From NCBI GenBank assembly GCA_016178505.1, contig JACOTG010000190.1, positions 16,939 to 80,938 of the forward strand: DNA of 64,000 nucleotides, in the 5' to 3' direction. Under the pieces are notes generated by a model. The model ran no database searches. It was not told where the DNA came from and saw only the letters and a program-made list of their open reading frames with translations. This document shows, one piece after another, positions 62,606-64,000 of the stretch. This DNA is from Planctomycetota bacterium. GTDB taxonomy: Bacteria > Planctomycetota > JACOTG01. The translations under genes were made by a program, and so were the position numbers. Positions within the stretch are counted from its first letter, which is position 1. Every line of letters starts with the position of its first letter.

Positions 62606-64000
62606 CTACGGCCGGAGCACTTCGACGGTGAGTGCGTTCGTGAGGCTCACCGTGCGCGGTGCGTTCGGCGAGCGCGGGTCGACGATGACGCCCTGCACCG
62701 TGTAGGTGCCCGGCGGAAAGTCGACGGTGAAGCTGGCCGGCGCCGGTCCCCGCGGAGACTGTGCGCGAAGGCACAAGTTCGCGGCACCATGCACACCGAG
62801 ACGCTCGGACGTGAAGCCGGTCGAAAACGTCGGCGGGCACGGACACGCGCCAGGCGACACCGAATTCGAGACCGGAAGGCAGAACGTCGCGAGACCGAGC
62901 GGCTCCGGTCCGCGGTTCGACCTCAGGAACGCGTTGGCCACGCTTCCACTCGTCGCCTCGCCGTCTCCGATCCACAGTGCCCACTGTCCACGTCCTCCGC
63001 CCGGCGGGAGCGCGACGGAAAGGGTCGCGGGCCCGGGTGCGATGCGGACGACGTGGGCCACGGAATCGCCCGTTTGCCCGTTGATCGAGATCACGTTGGC
63101 CGGCGTCGACGAGGCGCCGCGATTCACGTTTCCGCGACGTGCCGCGAACTCCGGTGCATCGACGTCAGGCACGAGACGGACCCACGCGGCTTCCGACGGG
63201 ACGAGGCGAGAGTCGATCGCGAACATCATGTAGTAGCCGGGCGGTGCAACGTTTGGATTCGGCGGGGCGACGAGCGTCACCGGTCCGTTTCCCGCGCCGC
63301 CCGCAACGACCGTCGCTCCAACGCAGCGCTGCTCGAATTCCGTCGAGTGCGTGCACGCCGTCGGGCGCATCATCCGCACGCGCGCGAGCGGTCCGCCCTG
63401 AACGTCGATGGTGAACGTCTGGCCGTACTGGACCACCGCCGGCGCATCGACGATGCGCGGTCGCGACCCGCCTTTGAAGAGATAGGGAGGAGAATAGACT
63501 TCCATCCGCATTTCGTCGTCGCCGCGGTCTGGGTTGCTGCCGGCGATCCACACGCGTCCGTCCGGCAAGAGCGCGGCGACGGAGTGGTAGACGCGAGGAA
63601 TCGTGCTCGACGCCGCTCTCGTCCACGTCTCGCTTGCCGGGTCGAACAACTCGGCGGTGAGCGTGCCGGTCGACGGGGCCTCTTTGAACAGCGAGCCGCC
63701 TTGCGTGAGCACGCTACAGTCCGGAAGGATCACCGACATCCCGTCGACGCGCGGGCAGCACATGGGCTCGATCCAACGCCACGCCGGCGCGGGTCGATCG
63801 AGATCGAGGATCTCGGCGGAAGCGGTCGCTAGCCCGCCGGCGCAGTAGTCGGTGCCGCCCGCGATGAGGAACCGTTGGTCGTAGGCCGGGGGATTGAGCG
63901 GCAAGAAGACCGAGTTCCCGTAGTCGCGCAGGCCGAAGTTCGAGTTTGCGATCTGTCGCCACTGACGTGTCGCCGGGTTCATGATCCAGGTGTCCGTGGA
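62606..64000 (-). CDS. Glyoxal/galactose-oxidase-like protein (kelch propeller C-terminal part + DUF1929-type domain + extra ~190 aa C-terminal domain); 5' end outside the window
   Basis: The frame stays open upstream of the track's M at 63982 (..STDTWIMNPATRQW). Motifs: RVYHSVAALLPDGRVWIAGSNP, MEVYSPPYLF, RPTACTHSTEFEQR, PPGYYMMFAI. The last two are DUF1929-type. Confidence 0.85.
   Translation of the reverse strand, partial: STDTWIMNPATRQWRQIANSNFGLRDYGNSVFLPLNPPAYDQRFLIAGGTDYCAGGLATASAEILDLDRPAPAWRWIEPMCCPRVDGMSVILPDCSVLTQGGSLFKEAPSTGTLTAELFDPASETWTRAASSTIPRVYHSVAALLPDGRVWIAGSNPDRGDDEMRMEVYSPPYLFKGGSRPRIVDAPAVVQYGQTFTIDVQGGPLARVRMMRPTACTHSTEFEQRCVGATVVAGGAGNGPVTLVAPPNPNVAPPGYYMMFAIDSRLVPSEAAWVRLVPDVDAPEFAARRGNVNRGASSTPANVISINGQTGDSVAHVVRIAPGPATLSVALPPGGGRGQWALWIGDGEATSGSVANAFLRSNRGPEPLGLATFCLPVSNSVSPGACPCPPTFSTGFTSERLGVHGAANLCLRAQSPRGPAPASFTVDFPPGTYTVQGVIVDPRSPNAPRTVSLTNALTVEVLRP

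Noticed and set aside
1-64000. Search for CRISPR arrays, rRNA, intact IS elements, integrases, prophage genes, toxin-antitoxin pairs, and defence-type ATPases, nucleases or reverse transcriptases.
   Set aside because: I saw no regularly spaced direct repeats. None of the credible ORFs carry the hallmark motifs of these classes. The only mobile-element trace is the remnant at 4222-4470.

Overview
GC-rich 64 kb chromosomal segment. GC was judged by eye, not computed. It looks like an uncultured soil or sediment diderm bacterium: a DUF1800/DUF1501 pair, an RND efflux operon with a NodT-type lipoprotein, and many signal-peptide beta-propeller, beta-helix and Ig-like repeat proteins. I support about 45 protein genes, several gene remnants and a few hairpins or operator-like sites. 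I found no rRNA, tRNA, CRISPR array, intact IS element or prophage. Many long ORFs in the supplied track are Arg/Pro-rich antisense or over-extended artefacts of high GC. I re-set starts where a Shine-Dalgarno (SD) motif plus a signal peptide supports an internal start. Two edge-truncated genes are missing from the track: a CYP102/P450 BM3-like gene at 1-1199 (-) and a glyoxal-oxidase-like gene at 62606-64000 (-). Functional content: peroxide and redox genes (di-haem cytochrome c peroxidase, catalase-related protein, 1-Cys peroxiredoxin, DinB); a methyltransferase plus heterodimeric ABC exporter operon; an OMF-MFP-RND efflux operon; three two-component loci; a K+ channel; an RRM RNA-binding protein; and a high density of secreted repeat proteins. 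No clear-cut novel multi-gene system is visible. The best leads are (1) an ECF sigma factor fused through one TM helix to a ~690 aa extracytoplasmic repeat domain, with no anti-sigma gene nearby; (2) a Zn-ribbon / SAM-methyltransferase / PqqD-like (RRE-like) tri-domain protein divergent from a MauG/CCP-family di-haem enzyme; (3) a 1246 aa modular secreted protein built from an unassigned ~98 aa repeat; (4) two decayed or accessory patches (4.1-7.0 kb and 19.5-21.6 kb) with an IS remnant, gene fragments and unassigned small Cys-rich ORFs. All family assignments rest on motif recognition from memory. No database search was run.
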